Made by a program: the position numbers and the translations under genes
Source of the DNA: Bigelowiella natans CCMP2755
Taxonomy: Eukaryota > Protista > Cercozoa
Length of the DNA stretch: 64,000 bases
Direction: 5' to 3'
NCBI GenBank assembly: GCA_000320545.1
Contig: ADNK01001276.1
Coordinates: 1 to 64,000, forward strand
The notes under the pieces: generated by a model
Database searches by the model: none
What the model was told of the DNA's origin: nothing
The model's input: only the letters and a program-made list of their open reading frames with translations
Shown: piece after piece, positions 49,780 through 61,339 of the stretch
Position numbering within the stretch: position 1 is the first letter of the stretch
How the letters are laid out: every line of letters begins with the position of its first letter

Positions 49780-52700
49780 TTATTCTTTATCATCATCAGT
49801 TTGTTTTTCATCAAACTGTGTCTCGTCTACTTGATCATCACAGCCGTTATCATCGAGAAACTTTCCGCCTGAAGCAGTCGGCCGATATTCTCTACTTCCA
49901 GCTTCTGCATTAGTAAGTCCACGTGTTTTAAACGAGTCTTCTTCTCCTTCATCATCGCCCTCATCTCCCGCAGTCTCGTCTCGGGCATGCATCTTTCCCT
50001 TCTTTCCGTTGCTCTCATTGCCATTGCAGCATGAATCATCCGCCGCAGGTGGGGCACGAGCACCGAAGCTGCTATCGAACGCACCCAGCCTCATCTTCTG
50101 GCTACCGCCATTTTCCCTCGTCTGTCTTGGATGTGGATCTCTAGGCATTTCCACATCAGACAGTTCTTCAGGGAAGAAAGGCTTGTTGCCATCTTCATCG
50201 GTTTGGACATGGCCAGATGGGGAGCTATCGGACAGAGTCTCCTCAGCCGCCCGCTTCGCCAGGATGCGTTCTGCTTTTTGGGCCTTTCGCTTGATCTCCG
50301 CGTACTTCCTCTCGTAAGCTGCACGCTCAGCTCTGTCGTGCAGGTAGGCCTGGCTTTGTTTCCGCGCGCTTTCGATATCAATGACGTCATCCCAGCCAGA
50401 GAACGCCATTTTGGAGAGGTCCTCCGGAAGTGTCATCTTGGAGTCCTCCGACTCATCATCCTCTCCACCTGCGGCCATGCTCTTAGAGAGCATAAGCTCA
50501 TGGAGCAAGTGGAACGACTGGTCATCAAATGCCAGCTCGGGGGCCGAGAAGTAGTCTTCTGCTCCCTGGTCACCACTCCTTCTTCCCACTCTGTTGTCTT
50601 TTCTTGAAATCCTCATCATCTCCTCAAGTGCCTCATCAACATCATCCTTCGTAATCTTGGAATGGTCCCGACTACTTCGTCGCTTCTCGGCCTCCGAGAG
50701 GTGCCTGATGAGATCCTGTGCCTCCTCAGGTAGCGCGATGCTATCCGACTTGATCATCTGCGCCAGTGTGCGATTCTCAGGCTTGCTGAGGGATGGGAAA
50801 TCATCTGTGCACTTGGTGTATTCCCCGTGAATGGCTGGATCGCTGAGGTCGGCATGGTCGTCGAGTATGTAGCTCGGCAGCATGTTGAGTCCCTTAGGCA
50901 CCACGGCGTGGAATTCGTCGTAGATTTCCAGCATATTCTCCGGTGTCGGCCACGGCCATAGCTTGAGCGTCTTGTCCTTCGAGCCGGTGACGAGGTAGCC
51001 TTTCGGTCCTAGGTCAAGAGAAGTTATGGGTGCCTTGTGCCCGATGAAGCTGCGCACACACTCCCCGCTGCTGAGATTGTAGCCGCGTACGGCACTCTTG
51101 TCCGCGTCGAGAGTGGCAACGAAGCGCCCTAGTTTCTCGTCCATCGCCGCCAAGCCAACCTGAGGATGATCGACAACCACGACGATGATGATTGCAATTT
51201 ATGATAAACCACAATGAAATTATGATAACGATTGCTAGCAGCTGCCAGCATCATAAGGGAAAGAACGGGAAGAGATGATGTTATACGACAATATTGCGAG
51301 AGAAATTCAGTAACATACCAGCAGCAGCAGCAGCACTGTTGCTGCTGCTGCTACTACTACTACTACTACTACTACCAGTTCTACAAAAGCAGTTAGTAAG
51401 TACCCTGGCTTCAAGCTTTCTTACGTAAGCTAACTCGAATCCTTGATTCTTATGGAACTCTTCCGGGTTGTCGATGCCGTATGCCGGGGAGTGGTATCGC
51501 CACATGTACACACGGGTGCCCGCAGCAGCAACAATGTAGTCCTCATGCAGGGAAAGCCGTAGATCACGTATCCCCCCCGCTGTTTGTAGTTGTGTAACCA
51601 ACCGCCCGGTGTTGATATTCCACACGTCAATGACAGTCTCGCGCTCTCCCGCAGTTAGCACAAGCGAGCTGTTATCCTTGAGTGTCACGATCCAGTTCAG
51701 TTGGTAGTGCAGAGGGATTGCTGAGGGAGAAGGGTGGGGGAGGGGGGGGGGATTTAGTAAGCTCGGAGATAGAATCGATACTTAGTCTCTCTTCACTTTC
51801 TCTTGAACAACCCAATGGCTATTTTCAGCCAAGAAACGACTAGGTTTTCAACCTCTATCTGCTTGTCTTTCATGCTCATAGTGTGATGCAGCAGCAGCAG
51901 CAAAAACAACATTATCATCGATGGCAACTTCCAACAGGATCATACACCACATACACCACATACCAGAGTAATCAGCATATGGCCCGTCTCTAAGCTCCCA
52001 AATGTTAAGTCTTTCGCTGCGTCCACCGAACAACACCTTTTCCGACCGACGATCAAATGATACAGCGAGGACTTCAGCAGAATCCTCTTTCAAGCCAGTG
52101 CATTCCCCGTCGGCGTTGAAGAACATCACGCGGCAATCAGCCGACGCCGAGATGAACCTAAAACCAGGAAGTAGCAACACCGAATCAATTCAATTTTTTA
52201 ACTTTTGATGCAAATGCTGGCGGCATTAACGAGGCGGCTTCTTTCAACACCCATGTGCTACGTCGTACCGTGTGCCCACGTGATTCCACCGAATTTGGAA
52301 AACCTCGTTGTTGTGATATTTCACGCTCTGCTTGAGCATGGCCTTCCGATTCAGGAACGCGAAGATATTGTTGTCTCCGCATGCGCTGATGATCCACGGC
52401 TCCTTCGCTTGGGGTAGGTGATGCCACTTAACCTCGTAAATCTTAGACTGCAATCCTGTAAAGCTATAATGCGCAGATGAAACGTCCGAACCCTTGATGA
52501 TGTCAAAATTGGGGGAGGAGGAAGAAGATGAAGAAGAAGAAGAGAAGAGGAGAAGAGATTGGTGAGTAAGCGAATGATGCAGTCAGGGGAATAAAACGGA
52601 GAGGAGCAAGTGAGGGGAAGAAGAAGAGGGAGATCCAACCACTGCTATCACCATCACCACCACCACCACCCCCGCCGCCTCTAAAACGAAAAGTAGCAAT

Positions 52701-54019
52701 ACCTCGAAGTACATAGTAGTCGGGTCCGCCTCGGTGCGAATGTACGTCATATCGTACTGCGGAGGAGAATTCTTGCCTGGAAAACGATTCATGTAAAAAG
52801 GAGATTTCTCCTCCTTTCCATAAAGGCGGCCTTCCTCATCCCTCTCGCCCCGTAACAGCTGGGCGATTCGCTCGGGATCTTCGGAGAATTCACTCGCGGC
52901 TGTAGGAGAGTCTTGGCCAGGGTCGGCAGAAGAGGTTGACTCTTCCGCGGAGCCTTTCTCCTCGTCGTTCAGGTCATCATCAGAGCCTCCAAAGACGGGG
53001 TCGTCTTTGTCAACATTGTTGCGGATCTCACCAACGTTGGCTTCCCAGATTCCGCGAATGTTCTTCACGTAGCGCTCCACCTCAATGTCCTCCATTCGGT
53101 CCTTGCTCAGTCCAGGCATCTTGATGCGGACGAAGGCAAGGTCCAGGAACCCGTCTACGGCATTCGACTGCAGAATGTCATATTCCAGCTCGCGGCTGTC
53201 GAAGCCGACCGCGAGGATCTCCAACAATTCCTTCTCCGAGAGCTTTGAGGGCTTATACTTGATGCAGAGCTCGTTGAGCCCTGGTGCGTACTTGTCCTCG
53301 TCGTCCGTCGGTTCTTCTGCGCACCACGGGTCCGACTCATACTTGATGTCGTCAGGATTCCTCATGTCCTGCACCGCTTCGAGCTCTTCCGTGGCAGGGC
53401 TCTCACCACTATGGTAGTACACAACGTCGCTCAGAGCAAAGTCGTCGGTCGTGTGGTGCGGGATCTCCCCGTCGGAGTTTGGCGTTCTTTGCTTTGGCTC
53501 GCCGAAGATGTTGTAGTCCTTCAGTCGGTGCCTCCGCACACCCTTCATCGTCCTCTCCACGACAAGATTGTCGTCGTAGTCGGACTGTAACTTCTCCCAC
53601 GTCTTGTTGGGAACTTTAAATGGGCTAGTGTCAGCGATTTCGTCGTCGGTGTCCCATTCCATCGGGTAATTGATCCGATGGATATCGTACGGGACGTCCT
53701 GCCGCGGCCCTAGAGTCTTCCAGTTATGAATGTGAGGCTTCCCCGGATAGGGCTTTGAGGGTGGGTTGTGCACCGAAATCCAGGGAGCATCTTCACCAAA
53801 CTGAGAGCGGTAGAAGAATTCTGATGGGGGCTTTGCGCCCGTAGGCCATATGTTCGGTGTATGCCTCTTGTCCTTCATGTATGCAGGCTGGAAATACTCC
53901 GTCACATTGCCCAGATTAGGCGAGAGGTCTGCATTGTGTCTACCTACAGAGAGGTGAAATGCCACAGAGCCCGCTAAGATCGTCACCAAAACGGTTATCC
54001 TCCTGTTGTGATGCAACAC
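49780..54019 (-). CDS. WD40-repeat protein with N-terminal hydrophobic segment and long acidic N- and C-terminal regions; start not resolved
   Basis: WD blades: IYEVKW..IISACGDNNI, HNNEVFQIRWN..FISASADCRV, VLAVSFD..LFGGRSERLNIWEL, VWNINTG, FIGHKAPITSLDL..LVTGSKDKTLKLWP. Long exons 52700-54019 and 49780-51160. Confidence 0.85.
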
Positions 54020-54866
54020 AACAAAATACTCGACATTATTATTGAGTCCCTAGAGAACTGCTATGAGAATATCAACAAGGATTCCCTAAACCCCCTTACA
54101 AAAAATGATTTTCACCTGTGGAATCTTGCCCGTTGTCTAGGTGAAATCCTCAGCAGCCTTGGAGTTCACATTCACAACAAGACAATAAAGTAAGCAAATA
54201 TGAACTTTTTTTCGCCAAGGACGAAAACTCAATTCAAAGAAGGAAAGGCCAATCTATAGTTACTGAAAAATTGGGGGATGTTCTTTTGTTGCAAACATGT
54301 AGACTGGCATTTGTCAAACAAGAAAACCCAAGATTGTTGCGCTATTGGAACAGGAAATATTGAAACCCGTAAGCCTATCACGTTTCCACTATAATAATGA
54401 GGGAAATACAATAGGTAAGTTACCGTGGAGCTACACTGGGGATGTTTCTCATCGCTGTACAGGTTCCCTCTCACCCATTGTTGAGGGTCCAGGCCACAGT
54501 GACTTGTTTAAAGTGGGGGCCATCCGCCGCGACTAAGGCACTTCGAGGAGCTGAGTTTGTGAGTTTTAGGAGAATATTCATGATATTTTATATATACGAC
54601 ATGCTAATATTTCGATAATACTACTTTTTCCCATTCTTCTCGGCACTTCAATACGGGAGGCGTAGATCTGCTCTGGGGGGCGGGGTGCCATTCTGAAAAC
54701 GCCGAGAACAATATCCATGAATCGGCAATATATTTATGTCGCAGATCAAAAATATATTGGTTTTAGTAAACTTTGGATCACAATCAAATCGGACACCAAA
54801 TTAACCCAAATTTTCTTGCCTCCTCGTCCTCCGCCGCCTTGTATCACAATCCATTCTCGGGGGAGG

Positions 54867-57173
54867 ATGAGGAGGGCCCTTCTGCAGGCCCAGCGAGGTC
54901 TCCGATCCCTCCTCCCCGTTCACACCGGCACCAGGGTTCGACGCAAAGGACAAATTGGTCTACCAAAGATAATGATGGAGCCGGGATGGACCCTTAGAGC
55001 GGGGGGACTACAGCAGCGGCGCTGGTTCTTCGCTAAGGGCTCGGAGGGATGGGAGAAGTTGCAGGCGTGTGGTGTATCAGATTCAATGGTTGAGGCTCTC
55101 AATGAAGCGGGGTAAGCATTGTAGATATGATTATTTACATAGGCGGACCTATTGTCGTTACAGCAGATACTCATCAAAAAGAGCAGACTGATCGAGTATT
55201 GTCCGAATTGACAAGTTCCCACAACACCCACACACACAGGTTTAAGAGGCCAACAATCGTGCAAGAGAAGGTAGTTCCGGAGGTGGCCAAAGGTGGAGAC
55301 GTGCTGTTCACTGCTCAGACAGGCACGGGGAAGACTCTAGCATATCTCATTCCTTTGGTGTGTCACCTATCTACCGGCATTATTACACGAAAACTAGCTT
55401 GCATTTTACGGACTACATTTATCAAGAAAGTCGCCCTCATCAAAATTGTTTACACTTACACAGGTCGAAATGGTGCTTCAAGATGAGGCCGCAGGTATTT
55501 TGGGTCTTAGATGCACCATGCACAAAGGACTACCAACTGATATGATTCACAATTATTATCAGGAATACCGCTTAGGCCACGACGACCACGCGCTCTGATA
55601 ATCACGCCGACAAGGGAGCTCGCACATCAAGGTTATTTTCTATGGTAGACAACGTGTCGAGATCCTTCCTCTCCCATCCATCCATCCTCAAATAAGACCC
55701 TCCTACTTACTACTCTTTCCTCTGCTTTGTTAAACAAACACAGTCATTAGCGTGGCGAAGAGTCTCTGTCACCGTATACGGTAGAGGACACCACCATCAC
55801 CCAATGTTGATAGTAGTTTCCTTTGCAACCTTAAAAACTTAGAATCATCCTCACTTCCTACCTCTTGGTGATTGCAGGTTCAGCTCGGCTGTTTTCACAG
55901 GGGGGCGGCAGTTCAAACGGTTGAGTCTCCATCGATTGATGATAATATTGATGAGGAAGTATGAAATGGAAGGAGAGGTTAGAGGAGGAGAAGAAGATGA
56001 TGAGAGGCGCAAATCCTCCGCTTTTTATGCAGTGCAATGAATGATGATGTAGCACTACCTTGGTCAGTCGTAACTTCCTCTCCTTCTGTCTCTTTACACA
56101 ACCCCAGGTTCTCCGATGAGCGGCTCGAACGAGGAGTTGACATCGCAGTTTGCACCTTGGATAGGTAGATATATACAGCTGCCTGCTCTAATGTGGAATA
56201 TCGATGACGATGATGATAATGGTGATGATGATGATGAAGAAGAAGGAGAAACTAATGATGTAGTACCAATTGCAGACTGGCGCAAATGAGAGAGATATCG
56301 GCCCTGGTGACCACTGATCTTCGGTATTGAACGAGAGCTACAACGACGACAATGCCGTAGATAAACCGCACGCAAACTGAAATGCGCCGGTGACTTTTGG
56401 CCCTGCGATACGAACGTCTCGCAACAAGCTTCATCGATGTGTTTTCGTTACATCTTCTCGCGATTGCAGGATTTCAGAATCCCACGCGACGACCAATGAC
56501 AACGATGAAGTGTGAGAAAGTGGTGTTTGATTGCTTCTCCCCGTTGTCATCATTATTGCTTCTGTTTTATTTTGGTTCAGCTGCATCGTCTCTGTCTTTT
56601 CTTACATTATGTTATTGTTGTTGCTGTTTATTAGCTACATTGTGTTAGATGAAGCTGACACTCTTGTTGACCCTGACAATGGGTATGAATTGCATATGCT
56701 ATTGTTGCTACTGCCGTGAGCACATCACTGACTAGAAGTGTTAGTGCCCTCAGGCTTTCTTAAATTCCCTCTTTCCCTCCCCCCTCTCTATTTCAAGTCC
56801 ATTTTTCTTTCTGTTTCTCTGCTGCATTTTTGCGCGAATCGTGTATTAAAAGAGGAGAAAGACGGGGAGGGGAAGGGAGGGAAGGGAGAGAAGGGAGAGA
56901 AGGAAGAACCGAAATCCCGCGTGTAGACAACAAACAGGATCATGCTGATCTCAGCATGCAAATACGATGCCTACATCGATGACTTTCTTCGGACATATTC
57001 ACATCATGGCACTTATGTATGATAATCAAGGTTTGGCCCTCTTCTCAACGACCTGGTTGGTGATCTACGCCGGCGAAAAGCAAGAGATGCTGACCATGAG
57101 CTATTCCATCCTCGGCTGCAGGTCTCACTACCATCTGAGGGCCTCTGTAGTGATTTCACACTACTATAAAATA

Positions 57174-57212
<39 letters not shown>

Positions 57213-57721
57213 ATATTTACATATACGTGTGTATCCGTTTCAACCTTTATAAGATTTGCATACCTATTACTTTTATCCCCTGAATTCTTTCCCAATGAAA
57301 GAAGTCTCTTCTCTTGTGTCTCCTGCTACGATCATCTTTTAAAGCCAATGAGAGACCAAACCGTATGCGGCACACCAACGCTCACTACCACCTTCACGAA
57401 CAATCAGCTTGTATTTGCATCTGCGACGATGAGGCCATCTTCGGAGCAGCGTGTATTAGCATTGGCACCCTCCTCACGCATTGTAGGCGGAATGGGCCTT
57501 CATAAGGTTCAGCCCTGCCATCATCGTTTTTATCGTCGTCTTCTTCCGAAACCATTTCGTCTCTTCTAGAATCGACACGCACTCACCCTCACACACTCAC
57601 ACACATAAAATGTAAGAACATCGTAGATATGATGTAATCCTTCATATGCTTGCATCTTACTCTTGACCTGGATTCTTAACAGACGCTTCCAAAACTCGAT
57701 AAAGCTTTTCGTTATGTCCGG

Positions 57722-57757
<36 letters not shown>

Positions 57758-57800
57758 ATAGTAGCAGTAGCAGCCATAATGAGACATATGAAAGATAATC

Positions 57801-57836
<36 letters not shown>

Positions 57837-58236
57837 GGATCGGCACTTCATGATTAGAATGGATGATGATATCTCCCATGATGACACCAAAGCAGCTTAG
57901 TAGTCGTTGTAGTTGTAGTTGTAGTAGTAGTAGTGGTTATGGTTGTAGTTATAGTTGTAGTAGTAAAAGCTGTGGGCTTTATGAGGAACACCATTCCAGA
58001 TGTCACCTCGAAAAAAAAGAAAGACTATTTGTTCGTACGTTTGTATGTATGCGAGATGTGTAAGAAACAGAGCCACTGCTACGAGACAACAACGGACGCG
58101 ATTTCTTCTTCTCATGCGCAATAATGATAAGGAAATTGATCATCACCATCGTCTTTATGTCCACAACCAGGGCGACGAGGATAGACTTGCAGCATTGGCA
58201 TCTTTGCTTTTGGAGTGCGAGGAGCACAAGCAGTTG

Positions 58237-58272
<36 letters not shown>

Positions 58273-58492
58273 GCTGATCATCGCTCTACTGTGGGCAATG
58301 TGATGGGAGGGGTTGGGCCGGATGACGAAAGGCATGGAGGTGCTGGAACGCTCATCTTCTGCAACACGATAGCAAGTGCGAAGGCCGTCCGATATTTCCT
58401 CCTTGAAAAGGTGCCCTGCCAGCTACGTGGGAATCAATGCATATATGCAGCTGTGCATTTGTCACATCATTAAAAGCCCTTCACCATCGGTG

Positions 58493-58524
<32 letters not shown>

Positions 58525-60555
58525 TATCATCAGGGATGGCTCAACCGCGTGGCTGGGTTCCACGGAGATATGAAGCCAGAAGAACGCAAGTATAGTACAT
58601 ATCCTACATAACCACAACAATACAACAACAACAGCAGCAGTGGGGAGGAGGAGGAGGAGGAGAAGGAAGAGAAGAGGAGGGCGAACTACACAATCATGCA
58701 CTTTCGATGAGCTATTGTATCGCGTTGTTGGTGGTAGTGTTCCTGGAACGTATACAATGCCGTCGCACTCCCCACCTTCCATACAAAAACTCTCACCGTC
58801 GTTAAGCCCCATGATCTGTTTATAGATATACCACCATCTTTTGCTGCCCCCATGCCTTTTGGGCGTGTGTTATTCCTTGCAACCGCACGATATGCAGGGC
58901 TGCCTACGAGGCTTTTCGAGATGGGAAACTTCCAATTATGGTGGCGACGGATATAGGTATTCTCACCGTGTTGTGTTTCGCAGTGATATACCTGCTGCAA
59001 TAAGGAAGGTTCCTTATTCTCCCTTCCTCTTCTCTTTAGCGCAAAGCTCCTTGTGACGCTATTTGTCTTTCTTCCCAATACCGTTATCATCCTCATCGCC
59101 ATCATTGCCATCATTGCCATCGTACTCAAGAAAAATAACAACGCCTTGATGTATATAATATGTGTAAGCTGCAAGAGGACTGGACACAGTATTCGTGGAT
59201 CATGTGGTATGCATCATTATTCTCGCACGAAGCGAGCAATAAGTATAATCCATACCTCACGATTCATCTCCGAAATGTTATATATATACCTGACGATTTT
59301 CAACCCTTGGCAGCAGGGCTTTACACAGCCCTTGCGGGAGCGAATTCGTCAGTGCGTCCGCGGGACGAACAACATGTTGATGCTGATGACCTTGCAGTGA
59401 CGAATCAGTGGTTGAGTAGCGGTGTATTGCTCACATGGAAGATATGCACAGATCATGTTCGACTTCCCGAGGAACGCGGAGGAGTTTCTGCATCGCGCCG
59501 GTATGTAAAATTGTCTCTGAGAGGATAGAGTTACTTCGAACATGGATCGATCATAAGTTCGCCGTTTGGTCTCGGTGGCATCCAACAACGAAAAGCTCTT
59601 CCCCCCCCCCCCCCCTGGTTGTTTGGGACCTGCAGCAGAAACGTCAGAAATAAATAACCTACCCATCTAGGCCGTACTGCGCGGGCTGGGAAGAAGGGCC
59701 AACTCTCGGCATTTGTGACGAAAAAGAGTGAGTGCTTGCTGCTGCAATTATGCATGATGATGGATGGATGGCTATGGTGAGCGGCAGGAGGAGGGAAACC
59801 TTTAGCAGCATACGGTGTTTGAAATTGAAAGCACCAAACAGCAGCAGAAGCAGCAGCAGCAGCAGGAGCAAATGCTGCAGGGGCTGACATTGTACTAGTA
59901 CTACGACGTTACTTTGCGTTGGTTGAACTGGAAAGAACGGTGTCTGTTCTCCTTATCCCCTCTCTCCCTCCCTCTCTCTCTTTCTCTCTCCCTCTCCAGG
60001 CAGCCGACTTGCAGAGGCTATCAAAGCTCTCACACGAAAGGGTAAGTGCACGAGGAGATGGTTCTCATGCAATGGGTGACTTCATTCTTAACATCATGAT
60101 AAGGATAATGCTCATGGTCACGCTGATGACGGTTATATAGTATATGCTCATCTCGCTCCCTCCCTCTCTCCCCCCTCCCCTCCCCATTTTTTCCCGGTGC
60201 GAAGGAGAAGCTATCAACGAAGTCGCCCTCGCAAACTTAGACGGTAGCACACTACGATCGGAGTGCTGTTTCTTTGGTTGCACACGTTCAATGATTTGTG
60301 AGTGTGTGGGTGTAGCATCGATCGACTTCCCTTCCTAATCCTGTGGCTTGGTCTTTCTTCTTGTGCGCAGCAACTCTTGGGCAGCGGCCATCATCTTCGT
60401 CACGTTCCAAAGGGAAATCACGAAGCAAATCATCGTATTCGCTTAAAACTGCAGACTCATCCTCCACTGCTTCTGGAAAGCGGGACATTAAAGGTACTAC
60501 TCCGAACAGGACGCTGATGCACAGTCAAATATACCCACCCGGCAAACTACCGTAG
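54867..60555 (+). CDS. DEAD-box RNA helicase, probably mitochondrial (DDX28/plant RH39-like)
   Basis: Arg-rich presequence MRRALLQAQRGLRSLL; Q motif FKRPTIVQ; AQTGTGKT; PTRELA; LDEAD; SAT; LIFCNT; HGDM; VATDI.ARGLD; HRAGRTAR. Confidence 0.93.
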
Positions 60556-61339
60556 CACCCGACACCTCTATACTGCGACATCAGCACTACAATGCTTTTT
60601 CCACCCACTCAATCATCAGATTAATATGCGGAGACAACTGATGCGGCGTGTTTTAATAAGCAGGCAACAATGTGAGGTCCACGAAAAATACGACTTCGAG
60701 GCAGCGGGAAGAGGTATTAGCATGCCCTGCGATTCTCAGTGACCACCACTGTGTCTATTGTTCATCTAGTCATCTACTGTTGCTATTCTGATAAATATAC
60801 GCATTTGAATACACAGATGTTGCGAAGACTCAAGAAAAGAGGAGGAATCTGATTTTTATAGACTTAGTTTGATGTTCATTAATGCGATACGATGTGATCA
60901 ACGGCGCATTATAAAGGATATCCCCTGCGTCTAAGGGACTAAGTAACACGCGTGCGCAGATTGTAGTTATTGTAGAGGCAATGGGTACATGCTCCATTGC
61001 ACGCTTGGCGTTCAAATCTAGGCGTTTACATGGCAATCGATGATTTGTATCAGCGCAAACTTGAGATGTTGTATAGTTGATATTGTTGCGTATGTGCCAT
61101 TATGTTAAACAACATACATCACGCGACGCGCATGGCAACATATGCATGTATTTAGACTTTTGCTAATCATAGCGCAAAACTGAAGAAGCATTGTCATTCA
61201 TTGCAATGAACAATGCAGCAAAAAAAAAGGAACATAGGTGGGAATTTTAGGTACATTTGCATAATAAAAATAAAAAAGTATATGTCTCTTGAATAGATCA
61301 TCCCAGAATCGTATATAACACAGATGAGTAGCTATATAG

